The notes under the pieces were generated by a model. That model was given only the letters and a program-made list of their open reading frames with translations, had not been told where the DNA came from and did no database searches. From assembly GCF_988243305.1 (NCBI RefSeq), contig NZ_OZ547136.1: 64,000 nucleotides of DNA; one strand, 5' to 3'. The position numbers and the translations under genes are program-made. Of this stretch, positions 19,458-31,592 are shown piece after piece (position 1 is the first letter of the stretch; each line of letters starts with the position of its first letter).

Positions 19458-19461
<4 letters not shown>
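19195..19461 (-). CDS. DUF3343-like small protein (putative Se/S-carrier-like fold)
   Basis: 88-aa ORF (MKEFLFLFHSTVGVIQTRKALQAAGMTFRVSDIPRDLRGGCGLCIW...) with the F-x-ST...A...L...G...P.P....CG pattern typical of DUF3343. Its ATG overlaps the yjiL stop as ATGA (19458-19461). Confidence 0.65.
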
Positions 19462-21386
<1,925 letters not shown>

Positions 21387-21501
21387 GATTTTCCTTCCCC
21401 GTACCACGGGAGATAATGAAAAGAGGCCACATTATTACCATTCTTTTAGTGTGGTTTATTTGATCTCTCTCGCGGTTAGCCACTTAGTTTTTCATGGATT
21501 T

Positions 21502-22782
21502 CTAAAAATTGCCGAGGGGGAACAAGGCCGGGAGCTGCGAAAGCAAATACAAAATTAGCCCAATACAACCGCCAACCAGCGTACCGTTGACACGGATAAA
21601 CTGCAGATCTTTGCCGATATTTAACTCGATTTGCCGCGACATATCCTGCGCATCCCAGCTTTTTACCGTATCGCTGATATGTCGCGTCAGGAATGCGGAA
21701 AACTCAGGCGCGACGCGGTGCGCGGCTTGTTCCAGATGACCATTTAACGACGCCCGCAAGGCATCATCGGCAATTAACGTTTCGCCAAACCATTGACCCG
21801 CCCGCGCGATACGTTCTTTCACACGAGAATCTTCACTGTTGATATCCGCTTTCAGCCATTCCCGTAAATCTCCCCACAATTCACTGAGATAGCGGTTAAA
21901 AGCTTCGTCTTCTTTCAGATAGCTTTTTACGGCATCGGCTCGCGCTGCCATTTCAGGATCGTTTTTCAACTTGTCGATCAGGGCAAAGGTGGCGCGATCA
22001 AACGCATGGCGGATCTGATGCGCACGATCGCTGCTGATATCATCAAGCAAAGAATTCACCGCGTCAGAAACCAACTCCGCGCTATGTTCGCCCAGCCATT
22101 CAGTGGGCAAAATTTTGGCTTTCAGTGGATGCTCGCTCTCCAGCCAGCGAACAATTTGCTGGGCGATAAACTTGCGCGATTTATCGCGCTGGAGAAGGGC
22201 GATCAACTGTGCGATCAGCGTATCCAGCAGCACCTGATGACGATCGTTTTTGGTCATACTCTCCAGCATCAACGCACTGGTGCCAGAAAGATCAACCTTA
22301 TCAATCGCCCGGTGGACCGCGCGCTTAAGCAGGCGCTGAATACGCGCATCATCGGTCAGTTCAAGAAAACCGCTCATGATCTGCAACAGATGCTGACCAA
22401 CGCGGCGGGCGTTTTCTGGCTGACTAAACCAGTTGCCAATCAACAACGCCGGTTCGTGACGTCGAATCAATGCCACCAGCGATTGGGTATCGAGAAATTT
22501 TTCCTGCACGAACTGACCGAGATTTTCGCCAATCCGGTCTTTATTACGCGGGATAATCGCCGTATGACGAGAAATGATCGGAATCGGCACGCGGCGAAAC
22601 AGCGCCACCACCGCAAACCAGTCCGCCAGCGCGCCGACCATCGCCGCTTCAGCAATCGCCTTCACGCCGCTCACCCAAAAATTGGGCGGCAAAAACAGCG
22701 TAACGACAAAGGTAGCAGCGGCGATAAGCAGTAAAGAGAGCGCCAACATTTTGGCGCGTCTGAGTTCAATGAGTTTATTCAT
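21502..22782 (-). CDS. yjiN: DUF445-family membrane protein YjiN
   Basis: The track ORF is 470 aa. The internal start [19 protein letters not shown] gives 426 aa, the length I recall for K-12. Confidence 0.82.
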   Translation of the reverse strand: MNKLIELRRAKMLALSLLLIAAATFVVTLFLPPNFWVSGVKAIAEAAMVGALADWFAVVALFRRVPIPIISRHTAIIPRNKDRIGENLGQFVQEKFLDTQSLVALIRRHEPALLIGNWFSQPENARRVGQHLLQIMSGFLELTDDARIQRLLKRAVHRAIDKVDLSGTSALMLESMTKNDRHQVLLDTLIAQLIALLQRDKSRKFIAQQIVRWLESEHPLKAKILPTEWLGEHSAELVSDAVNSLLDDISSDRAHQIRHAFDRATFALIDKLKNDPEMAARADAVKSYLKEDEAFNRYLSELWGDLREWLKADINSEDSRVKERIARAGQWFGETLIADDALRASLNGHLEQAAHRVAPEFSAFLTRHISDTVKSWDAQDMSRQIELNIGKDLQFIRVNGTLVGGCIGLILYLLSQLPALFPLGNF

Positions 22783-22822
22783 AACGTTAAGAATAGAGCC
22801 TGACGGCAGGATCGCGCAAAAA

Positions 22823-24055
22823 TCACCGCTCCTCCGCCAGCTCGGCAGCCTGATGTTGGCGCACGCGATTAAGCAATCCGGCCAGGGTGAAAACGACGAT
22901 AACGCCTGCCACAACGGCTAACAGATGAAACTGCAAGCGACCGCCGTTAAACCACAGCCAGCGGCCGATTTCGACCGAGACAGACATCACCATCAGGATC
23001 ACCATATTCAGCGATGCGGAGACGGTCCCTTTCGGTAAGTTATTGGAAAACAGCGTAAAGCGGAATAAGGTCGGGAAAATCAAACCAATCCCGAAAGCAT
23101 ACAGACTGGTGCCCAGCACCGACCACAGCCAGACGTGCGGCGACAGCAGATTGCCGATAATCAACAGCGCGAGGCCGACCAGTTGAAGGGGTACGGCACG
23201 CCACATAAACCGCGGTTCGGTCGGATCTTTAACGAAACGCGCCACGATGGCATTCGCGACAATCACCGCGCCGAACACCGGAACCTGTGTCCAGGCGAAC
23301 TGCGAAGTTGTTAAGCCGCCCGCGTCGATCAGGATCACCGGCGAGACAGCCACCCAACTCATCATGGGGATATAGCTTAAAGAGATGGTTGCTGCGCCAA
23401 AGAGGAACAGCCGATTGCAAAAGACATTACGAAAATCGCGCAAGACGCTTTTGGCGCTAAATGGAACCGCGCCGCGCTTCACCGTCTCTGGCATCGCCAG
23501 CAGTAAGCCAACAAATGAGATAAAACCCATAACCGCAATGATGGCAAAAAGGACTTTCCAGTGCACAAAGTGCATCAGAGCTGCGCCGGAAAGCGGGCCG
23601 ATAATCGGCGCAATCAGTACGATGGAGGTGATAATCGCCATCAACTTGATCCCTTTTGTCTGTCCGAACGCCTCCTGCACCGTGACATAACCAACGGTGG
23701 CAATAAAACAGATACTGGTGCCCTGAATTGCACGCGCGATAAGAAATTGTGTCATTGACGTGGTGAACATTGTCGCGGCGCAGGCAAGGGTAAAAATTAA
23801 CGCCCCGGTAATCAGCACCGGCCTGCGGCCAATCCTGTCGGAAAGCGGCCCCAGCAGCCACTGCAATGCCATGCCTCCAGCGAGATAGAGACTGACGGCA
23901 GCCGGAGCCAGACTGACATCGGCATTAAAATCACGGACCACATTAATGATCCCAGGCTGGATCAGATCCGTCGACAGGTACGCAGCAAAATCATACAAAA
24001 TCAACGCCATCGGGAAAAACAGCGTGGCGGCATGGCGGGCAAAAAAACGTGGCAT
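22823..24055 (-). CDS. mdtM: MFS multidrug efflux pump MdtM
   Basis: The 413-aa ORF becomes 410 aa from [15 protein letters not shown]. It is a 12-TM MFS protein with the motif [11 protein letters not shown]. The position is as in K-12. Confidence 0.9.
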   Translation of the reverse strand: MPRFFARHAATLFFPMALILYDFAAYLSTDLIQPGIINVVRDFNADVSLAPAAVSLYLAGGMALQWLLGPLSDRIGRRPVLITGALIFTLACAATMFTTSMTQFLIARAIQGTSICFIATVGYVTVQEAFGQTKGIKLMAIITSIVLIAPIIGPLSGAALMHFVHWKVLFAIIAVMGFISFVGLLLAMPETVKRGAVPFSAKSVLRDFRNVFCNRLFLFGAATISLSYIPMMSWVAVSPVILIDAGGLTTSQFAWTQVPVFGAVIVANAIVARFVKDPTEPRFMWRAVPLQLVGLALLIIGNLLSPHVWLWSVLGTSLYAFGIGLIFPTLFRFTLFSNNLPKGTVSASLNMVILMVMSVSVEIGRWLWFNGGRLQFHLLAVVAGVIVVFTLAGLLNRVRQHQAAELAEER

Positions 24056-24521
24056 AACAAACAACTCCTTGTCCGGAGAACCCCAATGGGGAAAACGAAA
24101 TTCAATACCGTCGGTAATGACGAAAGGCAGGCGAGAAGGACAAATGTACTGAATTTCATGTAATCAACCACACTGCCTGTGAACACACAGACAGAGAAAT
24201 ACCTTCTGACTCCAGGTCAGAATGTATAACGATTACAAATAGTCATCAGCACATTACACCTCTTGAATTGATGGGTTGCATAGAAAATATACACCTTAAG
24301 TGTAATTAAAATTTGCAGTTAATCAAAAGAGTGCGGTGGAAAGGGGAATATCTGCCGGGTACAGGAAATGTAAAACGCGAGCCTGTTTCCGGAAAAATGT
24401 ATCGTTTGCAGAGGAACAAAAATAGCCTGGAAAGCGCCTCGGGGAACGAGAAATTGCCGGGTGAGAATGGTTTTGTTAGTCGCTACAGTCGGGCCATCTT
24501 ATCTACAGGTGACGGATCGCC

Positions 24522-25479
24522 ATGACAAACTTCACAACCAGCACGCCGCATGACGCATTATTTAAATCCTTTCTCACGCACCCTGACACCGCGCGGGATT
24601 TTATGGAGATCCACTTACCCAAAGATTTACGTGAACTGTGCGATCTCGACAGCTTAAAACTGGAATCCGCAAGCTTCGTCGATGAAAAATTGCGGGCGCT
24701 ACACTCCGATATTCTGTGGTCGGTAAAGACCCGTGAAGGTGATGGTTATATTTACGTAGTGATTGAACATCAGAGCCGCGAGGATATCCATATGGCCTTT
24801 CGCCTGATGCGATATTCCATGGCGGTGATGCAGCGCCATATCGAGCATGATAAACGCCGGCCGCTACCGCTGGTCATCCCGATGCTGTTTTATCACGGTA
24901 GCCGTAGTCCTTATCCCTGGTCTTTGTGCTGGCTGGACGAATTTGCCGACCCGACTACTGCACGGAAGCTTTATACTGCAGCGTTCCCGCTGGTGGATGT
25001 CACTGTCGTGCCGGACGACGAGATTGTGCAGCACCGCAAAGTCGCCCTGTTGGAGTTGATCCAAAAGCATATTCGCCAGCGCGATCTAATGGGACTTACT
25101 TGATCAACTGGCAGTATTACTGGTTACAGGGTGCGCTAATGACAGCCAGATAACCGCGCTGTTAAATTACATTTTACTGACTGGCGATGAAGCGCGTTTT
25201 AAAGAGTTTATCAGCGAACTAACCAGTCGAATGCCACAACAAAGGGAGCGAATAATGACGATTGCAGAGCGAATTCATAATGATGGATGGCTGTTGGGAA
25301 GGGAGAGGGGGAGGAAAGAAGGGAAAGTAGAAGGGGAACGGAGCCTCCTCCGATTGTTGTTGCAGAATGGGGCCGATCCTGAATGGATACAACGATATAC
25401 CGGACTTTCGGCAGAGCAAATGCAGGCATTAGATCAGCCCTTGCCTGAAAGCAAGCGTGATCCATGGATCGAGTACTAA
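24522..25479 (+). pseudogene. rpnD: Recombination-promoting nuclease RpnD (PD-(D/E)XK, transposase_31 family), split by a frameshift
   Basis: The N-terminal 193 aa ([26 protein letters not shown]...VIEHQS) stop at 25103. The reading frame continues without a stop in another frame from ~25100 ([63 protein letters not shown]...) to 25479. The shift point is ggacttacttgatcaa, near 25092-25105. This corresponds to K-12 yjiP/yjiQ. Confidence 0.8.
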
Positions 25480-25506
25480 TCAGAGACGGATGACAAACGC
25501 AAAGCA

Positions 25507-25607
25507 GCCTGGTGCGCTACGCTTATCAAGTCTACATAACCCATTAAATATATTGAACTTTAAAGATTTTGTAGACCTGGTAAGGCGTTCACGCCGCATC
25601 CGGCATG
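25507..25607. repeat. BIME-like pair of REP elements
   Basis: One REP is gcctggtgcgctacgcttatcaagtctac (25507-25535). The second, in inverted orientation, is gtagacctggtaaggcgttcacgccgcatccggcatg (25571-25607). Confidence 0.75.
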
Positions 25608-25721
25608 AACGAAGCGCATTTTGCCTAAGCCATGCCGGAACGTGGCGATGTCGCTATAAAGATAAAACGAGTTACAGGCGATTCGTGAGAGTAAATCAGG
25701 GGGCTCGGCACTAATTCGAAT

Positions 25722-27134
25722 TTATTCCATTGCCCGATACACGGCCTCGCCAATTTGCTTCAGTGCTTCGCGATAGGTTTCGCTGAGCGGCAAAGCGCAG
25801 TTGATGCGCAGACAATTACGGTATTTGCCGGAAGCTGAGAAAATCGAGCCTGCCGCCACCTGGATTTTCATGCGGTACAGCTGCCGCGCGACGCAGACCA
25901 TATCGACCTGTTCAGGCAATTCTATCCACAGTAAAAATCCGCCTTTCGGGCGCGTAATACAGATTTCGCAGGGAAAATATTCCCGTATCCAGCAGGTATA
26001 AAGCGCCAAATTGCGCTGATAGATCTGCCGCATCCGCCGGATATGGCGATGATAGTGACCTTCCAGCACAAACGTTGCCGCCGCCATTTGCGTGGACGGT
26101 ACATTAAAGCTGCTGATGGCGTATTTCATATGCATCAGTTTATCGTGATAACGCCCCGGTGCGACCCAACCCACGCGCAGGCCAGGTGCAATACTTTTAC
26201 TGAATGAGCTGCACAACAGCACTCGCCCGTCGATATCCCAGGAATGAATGGTCCGCGGGCGCGGATACTCCGTTGCCAGTTCGCCGTAGACATCATCTTC
26301 AAAAATCACAATATCATGACGCTGAGCGAGAGAGAGAACGGCCCGTTTGCGCGCGTCCGGCATAATAAATCCCAGCGGATTATTACAGTTTGGCACCAGA
26401 ATGATGCCTTTAATCGGCCACTGTTCCAGCGCCAGTTCCAGCGCTTCAACGCTGATGCCTGTTTCTGGATCGGTTGGGATTTCAATCACTTTCACGCCCA
26501 TGCCACGCAGCATCTGCATCGAACCGTAATAACAGGGGGATTCGACCGCGACAATATCGCCCGGTTTACACACCGCCATTAACGCCAGCGACATCGAGTT
26601 ATGGCAGCCGCTGGTGATGATGATGTCATCGGCAGTGACCACCGAGCCGCTGTCGAGCATCAGGCGGGCAATCTGCTCTCGCAACACTCGCTGACCGGCT
26701 AACAAGTCATAACCGAGAACGGTTTGCAGATTATGCTGCACCACCCGGCTTAGCTCCCGCCACAGCGGTTTCAGGCTGGGCGTTTCGACATCCGGCGTGC
26801 TTTTACTTAACGGAACAATGGAACTGTCGCTATGCGCCTCCAGCATATCCAGCACCTGATCCCACTGGGTAATTTCCACCGGGCGCTGCACCGGACGCGT
26901 CATCGGCGGCACTGGCGGCTGGGCTTTACGTTGTGCGACAAAATAACCCGAACGCGGCTGTGGGGTGATGAGCTTCATCGTCTCCAGCGTCTGATACGCC
27001 TGCTGCACGGTGCTGATGCTGACGCCGTGCTCCTGACTTAAGCTGCGCACCGACGGCAATTTCTCCCCGTGACGATACAGCCCCTGCTCAATCCGCTCGG
27101 CAAGCAGAGTCGCCAGATGTTGATAACGCGTCAT
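25722..27134 (-). CDS. yjiR: MocR-type regulator (GntR HTH fused to PLP aminotransferase-like domain)
   Basis: 470-aa ORF. It has an N-terminal GntR HTH (LPSVRSLSQEHGVSISTVQQAYQTLE) and a fold-type-I aminotransferase-like C-terminus (SFSKSIAPGLRVGW). Confidence 0.9.
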   Translation of the reverse strand: MTRYQHLATLLAERIEQGLYRHGEKLPSVRSLSQEHGVSISTVQQAYQTLETMKLITPQPRSGYFVAQRKAQPPVPPMTRPVQRPVEITQWDQVLDMLEAHSDSSIVPLSKSTPDVETPSLKPLWRELSRVVQHNLQTVLGYDLLAGQRVLREQIARLMLDSGSVVTADDIIITSGCHNSMSLALMAVCKPGDIVAVESPCYYGSMQMLRGMGVKVIEIPTDPETGISVEALELALEQWPIKGIILVPNCNNPLGFIMPDARKRAVLSLAQRHDIVIFEDDVYGELATEYPRPRTIHSWDIDGRVLLCSSFSKSIAPGLRVGWVAPGRYHDKLMHMKYAISSFNVPSTQMAAATFVLEGHYHRHIRRMRQIYQRNLALYTCWIREYFPCEICITRPKGGFLLWIELPEQVDMVCVARQLYRMKIQVAAGSIFSASGKYRNCLRINCALPLSETYREALKQIGEAVYRAME

Positions 27135-27310
27135 GCTGTATTCCTTATGTGGACCATACAGAGAGAAAAACCGGTACAGATGAGGCTAAAAAACCGGATG
27201 CAGATGCTGTTTTAACCTGTCTGTATGTTAAATAAAACTAATATTTGCATCTGTATTGTGAACTGCCAGAAGACGGATGATGAAGCCTCTGAAAGATGAG
27301 GAGGCAGCAG

Positions 27311-27475
27311 ATGGAATTTCACGAAAACAAAGCCAAAACGCCGTTTATCAGACTTGTGCAACTCTGGCAGGCGGTGAGGCGTTGGCGGCGGCAAATGCAG
27401 GCCCGGCGGGTGTTACAGCAGATGAGTGATGAGCGGTTGAGGGATATTGGGTTACGCAGGGAGGATGTGGAGTGA
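27311..27475 (+). CDS. yjiS: DUF1127 small protein YjiS
   Basis: Read by hand; at 54 aa it is below the ORF-track cutoff. It encodes MEFHENKAKTPFIRLVQLWQAVRRWRRQMQARRVLQQMSDERLRDIGLRREDVE and stops at TGA 27473-27475. It carries the DUF1127 signature ...L..MSD..L.DIG..R.D. Confidence 0.8.
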   Translation: MEFHENKAKTPFIRLVQLWQAVRRWRRQMQARRVLQQMSDERLRDIGLRREDVE

Positions 27476-27512
27476 TAGAGGATGTTGAGAATAAATCAGG
27501 ATATTAACTTTT

Positions 27513-27546
27513 TATATGTACCCAGGAAGAAACCAGGGTACATATA
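27513..27546. terminator. Strong hairpin between convergent yjiS and the AT-rich membrane gene (bidirectional terminator / island junction)
   Basis: The arm tatatgtacccagg (27513-27526) pairs with ccagggtacatata (27533-27546), giving 13 of 14 bp paired. The loop is aagaaa and the flanks are T/A-rich. Confidence 0.6.
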
Positions 27547-27550
27547 GATA

Positions 27551-28264
27551 TTAGTTGAATTTAATATCAGCAATCAATTTTTTGATATAATCTTCTGGTT
27601 TCATCTTTGTTTTTTCTTTTATTTGCTGATAAGTTTCTTTCTTAATGTTGATTTCAATTGTTTTATTTTTATTGATAATGCACGCAATTGGTAATAGTAG
27701 CAATAATGTAATAATTATAATTATAAGAATTATTTTTGAATTTCCATGTGAGTCCGATTCCTTCATTTTTTGGAATATTCTTCTCATGACTGGATTAACT
27801 GCTGAAGAAAACATAATCATAATGATAAAAACAGCCAAAAAATCTAATGTATATTTTGCGTAGTAACTTTCAGTATTCATCTCAAAAAACAGCAACCACG
27901 CCAGAGCACAAAACAATGTCATGCCAAAACATATAAATGAAATAATAAAGCCAATTTGTTGCGTTCTTTTATCTAGTTCAGAGAGAAATTTCTCACCAAC
28001 TCTTTGACCTTTATAAGGTGAAATAAGTGTGTGGGCGGCATTGAAAAATACATTTGTGCAAATCAAAACAAAGAATATATTGATTGGCATAAATCCTATA
28101 AGTGTATAAAAGAAGAAGTCTTGTTGAAGATAGTACGGTAATTGATTATCAACTTCCATTAACAATGTAAATATAAAACCGAAAGAAACATAAAAAAACA
28201 AACCTTCTTCACGTAATTTTTTAATGTATTTTTTGAATTTAAAATCTTTAATCATCTTCAGCAT
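27551..28264 (-). CDS. Orphan polytopic membrane protein (about 5 TM), very AT-rich, function unknown
   Basis: - The ORF is 237 aa with a good Shine-Dalgarno (aggaa, 5 nt before the ATG).
- The N-terminus is Lys-rich (MLKMIKDFKFKKYIKKLREE).
- Hydrophobic segments include FFYVSFGFIFTLLM, FFFYTLIGFMPINIFFVLICTNVFF, IGFIISFICFGMTLFCALAWLLFF, LDFLAVFIIMIMFSSAV and IILIIIIITLLLLLPIACII.
- The C-terminal tail is charged.
- I recognise no family motif. Confidence 0.7.
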   Translation of the reverse strand: MLKMIKDFKFKKYIKKLREEGLFFYVSFGFIFTLLMEVDNQLPYYLQQDFFFYTLIGFMPINIFFVLICTNVFFNAAHTLISPYKGQRVGEKFLSELDKRTQQIGFIISFICFGMTLFCALAWLLFFEMNTESYYAKYTLDFLAVFIIMIMFSSAVNPVMRRIFQKMKESDSHGNSKIILIIIIITLLLLLPIACIINKNKTIEINIKKETYQQIKEKTKMKPEDYIKKLIADIKFN

Positions 28265-28290
28265 AGCTATTCCTAATTGTAAACAATATG

Positions 28291-28316
28291 GCCGGGGTAG
28301 AAAGTGCGACCCCGGC
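28291..28316 (-). other. GC-rich hairpin between the hsdR stop and the membrane-protein gene
   Basis: The arm gccggggt (28291-28298) pairs with accccggc (28309-28316). No clear U-tract follows on the minus strand, so it could be an attenuating or stabilising hairpin rather than a full terminator. Confidence 0.5.
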
Positions 28317-28328
28317 TATCAACGTGTT

Positions 28329-31300
28329 TTATGTTGGCAAAGCAATTTTCCCCGTGAGCATATCAAACATCAGATAAGCAAAGCCCTTTGCCCGAACTGG
28401 ATCGGATAAATATTGCAACATAAATTCTTGCCGAGCGTCATTACTGTCCATTACAGCATTATCAACTGCCTGGAGGAAATCACCAAGAATCGCTTGTTCT
28501 GGCGGATTGTTTTTAATTTGTGTCATAACATTTTCATTTTCAGTTATTTTGTTATACACCGAAAAAGCATTGCTGATCATATCTTTCTCGGTCAAATGGT
28601 CGCTAATGAATAATTCATTCATCCGAGAAAGCACCTGCGATAAAAATTCCTCTTTTTTATCTTTCGCTTTTGCCGTACCAATATCATTACTTGCATCCAG
28701 CGTATAGTCAGGCGTTTCTTCCTGTAAACGTAAATCTTGCTCATGGATTTTCGATAAACGATAGTGACTCATCTCTACATTACTGAGATCAATTTCATCC
28801 TCTTCCAGACGTTGCTCATGCAGCAGCGGACGCAGATGACGGGCAAACAGGCTTAGCTTTTCCAGATCTTTGTCATCGTATTCGACGATCTGCGACATAA
28901 ATTCGTAAAAGCGAACAAAGCTGCCGAGATCTTTTTTGAATATTTCCAGACGATCTTTTTCCTGCTTACAGGCTTTAAAACTGTTTTCCGCATTAGTGAT
29001 TAACACCGTATCGCCCGTTTTTTTGGTGCGCTCGAACATCTCTTTGGCGGTCAGATAAGCGTCTATCGCCATCAGATAACGCTTTTTCCAGCGTTCTACC
29101 GCCGGTTTGCATATATTACTGATCGCTGCATTCGATTTATTTTTGATGAAGAATGCCTCGCAGAACTGCTCGACTTCATGCCACTGAAAGATCTGCGTGG
29201 CGCGCAGTTTTTCAAACAGATCGAAAACCTGCTGCGGATCGCTGACATCGGTCAGTTCCGCCGTCTGGAAATAGGGCTGGAACGCGCCGAGGATCTCGTC
29301 CGGATCGTTATAAAAATCGAGAACAAAAGTGCCTGATTCCGCTTTGCCCGGATAGGTGCGATTCAGGCGGGAGAGCGTCTGCACGCACTCGACGCCGCCG
29401 AGGGCTTTATCCACGTACATCGCGCACAGTTTCGGCTGGTCAAAACCGGTCTGGAATTTATTGGCGACCAACATGACCTGATAATCATCGCTGTCGAAGG
29501 CTTTGCGCATATCCCGCCCTTTCAGGCCGGGGTTCATGTTTATTTCAGTAAATTTCTGGTTTAACAATGCCAGGCTGTTATGGTCGCCTTCCTGGAATTC
29601 AACTTCCCCGGAAAACGCCACCATCGCGCTGATTTTCTGGTAATTGTTCTCGCTAATGTATTTATCAAACGCCAGCTTGTAGCGTACAGCGGCTTTGCGT
29701 GAACTGGTGACCACCATCGCTTTAGCCTGGCCGCCAAGCAGGTGCATCACATGTTTGCGGAAGTGCTCCACAATCACCTTCACCTTCTGCGAGATATTGT
29801 GGTCGTGCAGTGTCACCCACTGGTTGAGCTTAATCTTCGCCCGTTTGCTATCGACTTCGCGGTCTTTGTCTTCCAGCTTTTGCAGCAACTGATACGCCAC
29901 TTTGTAGTTGGTGTAGTTTTTCAGCACGTCGAGGATAAAGCCTTCTTCGATTGCCTGGCGCATGGAGTAGACGTGGAAGGCCTCAGGTTTATTGGTTTTT
30001 GACGCCGGTTCATCGGGACGTGGACGGCGACCAAAAAGTTCGAGGGTTTTGGATTTTGGCGTGGCGGTAAAGGCGTAGTAGTTCAGGTTACTGCTGCCTT
30101 TCCGGGCGGCAATGGTCGCATCCAGAATATCTTCTGACGACAGCACCACGTCATTATCCATTTCTTCGCTCATCAGCACTTCTTTAAGCTGACGGGCGGT
30201 GGAACCGCTCTGCGAGGAGTGCGCTTCGTCGGCAATCACCGCATATTTACGCTGCTTCAGGCTGACGCTGTTTTCGATTGCTTTCAGTACGAATGGGAAC
30301 GTCTGGATGGTGACAATAATGATCGGCTGCGAGTTTTCCAGCGCGCTGGCCAGCTTTTCCGATTTGGAGCCGTCGCCCTCTTTGTTATTGATGCGCCCGA
30401 CCACGCCGTCGGCGTGTTCGAACTGCCAGATGGTGTCCTGAAGCTGGTCGTCCAGCACCGTGCGGTCCGTCACCACGATAATGGAGTGGAACTGTTTTTC
30501 CCCGTTCACGTCGTACAGACGAGAAAGCTGGTGGGCGGTCCAGGCAATGGAGTTCGATTTACCGGAACCGGCGCTGTGCTGGATCAGGTATTTATGGCCG
30601 GTTCCTTCAATCGTCGCGGCCTCCAGCAGTTTGTTGACCACATCCCACTGATGATAACGCGGGAAAATCAGGCTCTCTTTCTTCGCTTTCAGCCCGTTCC
30701 ACTCCTCTTTTTCTTCAATATGCAAATGGACAAAACTGGCGAGGATTTTTAATAAGTTGTCCGGCAGCAGCACTTCATTCCACAGATAATCTGTGGCGTA
30801 GCGGTGGGTATCTTCGGGGATCTCGTTGCCTGCGCCGCCGTCTTTGGTGCCTTTGTTAAACGGCAGGAAGAAGGTGCTGTCACCCGCGAGTTTGGTGGTC
30901 ATAAAGACGTCATACTGGCTGACGGCAAAATGCACCAGCGCGCCGCGCTTAAAGGTCAGCAGCGGTTCCGGTTTATTGGTGGCGGGATCTTTCGGCAGGC
31001 GGGTCTTTTTGTACTGCGCAATGGCGTTCTGCACCGCCTGTTTGAATTCGGATTTCAGCTCCAGCGTGGCAATTGGCAGGCCGTTGATAAACAGCACCAG
31101 GTCGATGCGCCATTTTTTGGCTTTCACGCCCGTTTCTGCAAAGACGCTATTTGAGGCATACGGGCTGTAGACCAGTTCCGGCACGATACGGCAGATATTC
31201 TGCTGATAGCGCGCCAGCGTTTCCGGGTTGAGATTATGTTCCGGTTTAAACTGACACAGCGAAAAACGGGCATTGCGGATTTTCAGTCCGTGGCGAAGTA

Positions 31301-31592
31301 CGCCGAGCGTACCCCAGGTGCGCGACTGGATGTCGGTGGCGTTGCTGTCGGCTTTTTTTAACTGCGCAACCAGCGCGTCGAGGAAATGGCGCTCGGTGTC
31401 GTTGGGGTAAACGCGGGCGAATTTCTCCCACTCCTGTGGTTGGGTGATTTGTACAAAGAGCAGGGCGTCTTGTGCGTATAGCGCACGTTCACGATCGTAG
31501 CCGTCGCCTTTGCCGACAATCCAGCCTTTTGCTGCCATCTGCGCGATGATGTCGTTTTGTAGGTTGACCTCTTTTGCAATGTCGTTGCTCAT
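28329..31592 (-). CDS. hsdR: Type I restriction enzyme R subunit (HsdR)
   Basis: 1087-aa ORF. The N-terminal PD-(D/E)XK nuclease motif is WRIDLVLFINGLPIATLELK. The SF2 helicase motif I is QHSAGSGKSNSIAW and the DEAH box is VIADEAHSSQ. The start overlaps the hsdS stop by 4 nt. Confidence 0.93.
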   Translation of the reverse strand: MSNDIAKEVNLQNDIIAQMAAKGWIVGKGDGYDRERALYAQDALLFVQITQPQEWEKFARVYPNDTERHFLDALVAQLKKADSNATDIQSRTWGTLGVLRHGLKIRNARFSLCQFKPEHNLNPETLARYQQNICRIVPELVYSPYASNSVFAETGVKAKKWRIDLVLFINGLPIATLELKSEFKQAVQNAIAQYKKTRLPKDPATNKPEPLLTFKRGALVHFAVSQYDVFMTTKLAGDSTFFLPFNKGTKDGGAGNEIPEDTHRYATDYLWNEVLLPDNLLKILASFVHLHIEEKEEWNGLKAKKESLIFPRYHQWDVVNKLLEAATIEGTGHKYLIQHSAGSGKSNSIAWTAHQLSRLYDVNGEKQFHSIIVVTDRTVLDDQLQDTIWQFEHADGVVGRINNKEGDGSKSEKLASALENSQPIIIVTIQTFPFVLKAIENSVSLKQRKYAVIADEAHSSQSGSTARQLKEVLMSEEMDNDVVLSSEDILDATIAARKGSSNLNYYAFTATPKSKTLELFGRRPRPDEPASKTNKPEAFHVYSMRQAIEEGFILDVLKNYTNYKVAYQLLQKLEDKDREVDSKRAKIKLNQWVTLHDHNISQKVKVIVEHFRKHVMHLLGGQAKAMVVTSSRKAAVRYKLAFDKYISENNYQKISAMVAFSGEVEFQEGDHNSLALLNQKFTEINMNPGLKGRDMRKAFDSDDYQVMLVANKFQTGFDQPKLCAMYVDKALGGVECVQTLSRLNRTYPGKAESGTFVLDFYNDPDEILGAFQPYFQTAELTDVSDPQQVFDLFEKLRATQIFQWHEVEQFCEAFFIKNKSNAAISNICKPAVERWKKRYLMAIDAYLTAKEMFERTKKTGDTVLITNAENSFKACKQEKDRLEIFKKDLGSFVRFYEFMSQIVEYDDKDLEKLSLFARHLRPLLHEQRLEEDEIDLSNVEMSHYRLSKIHEQDLRLQEETPDYTLDASNDIGTAKAKDKKEEFLSQVLSRMNELFISDHLTEKDMISNAFSVYNKITENENVMTQIKNNPPEQAILGDFLQAVDNAVMDSNDARQEFMLQYLSDPVRAKGFAYLMFDMLTGKIALPT

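Noticed and set aside
22006-22734. 242-aa ORF on the + strand, antisense to yjiN
   Set aside because: It is a shadow ORF of yjiN. The composition is implausible (rich in R, Q and H) and yjiN on the other strand matches the expected 426-aa protein.
24065-24521. 70-aa ORF (24313-24525) and the surrounding mdtM-rpnD intergenic region
   Set aside because: The ORF has no Shine-Dalgarno, has odd composition and overlaps the rpnD start. The region has K-12-like intergenic character, and no RNA gene signature was recognised.
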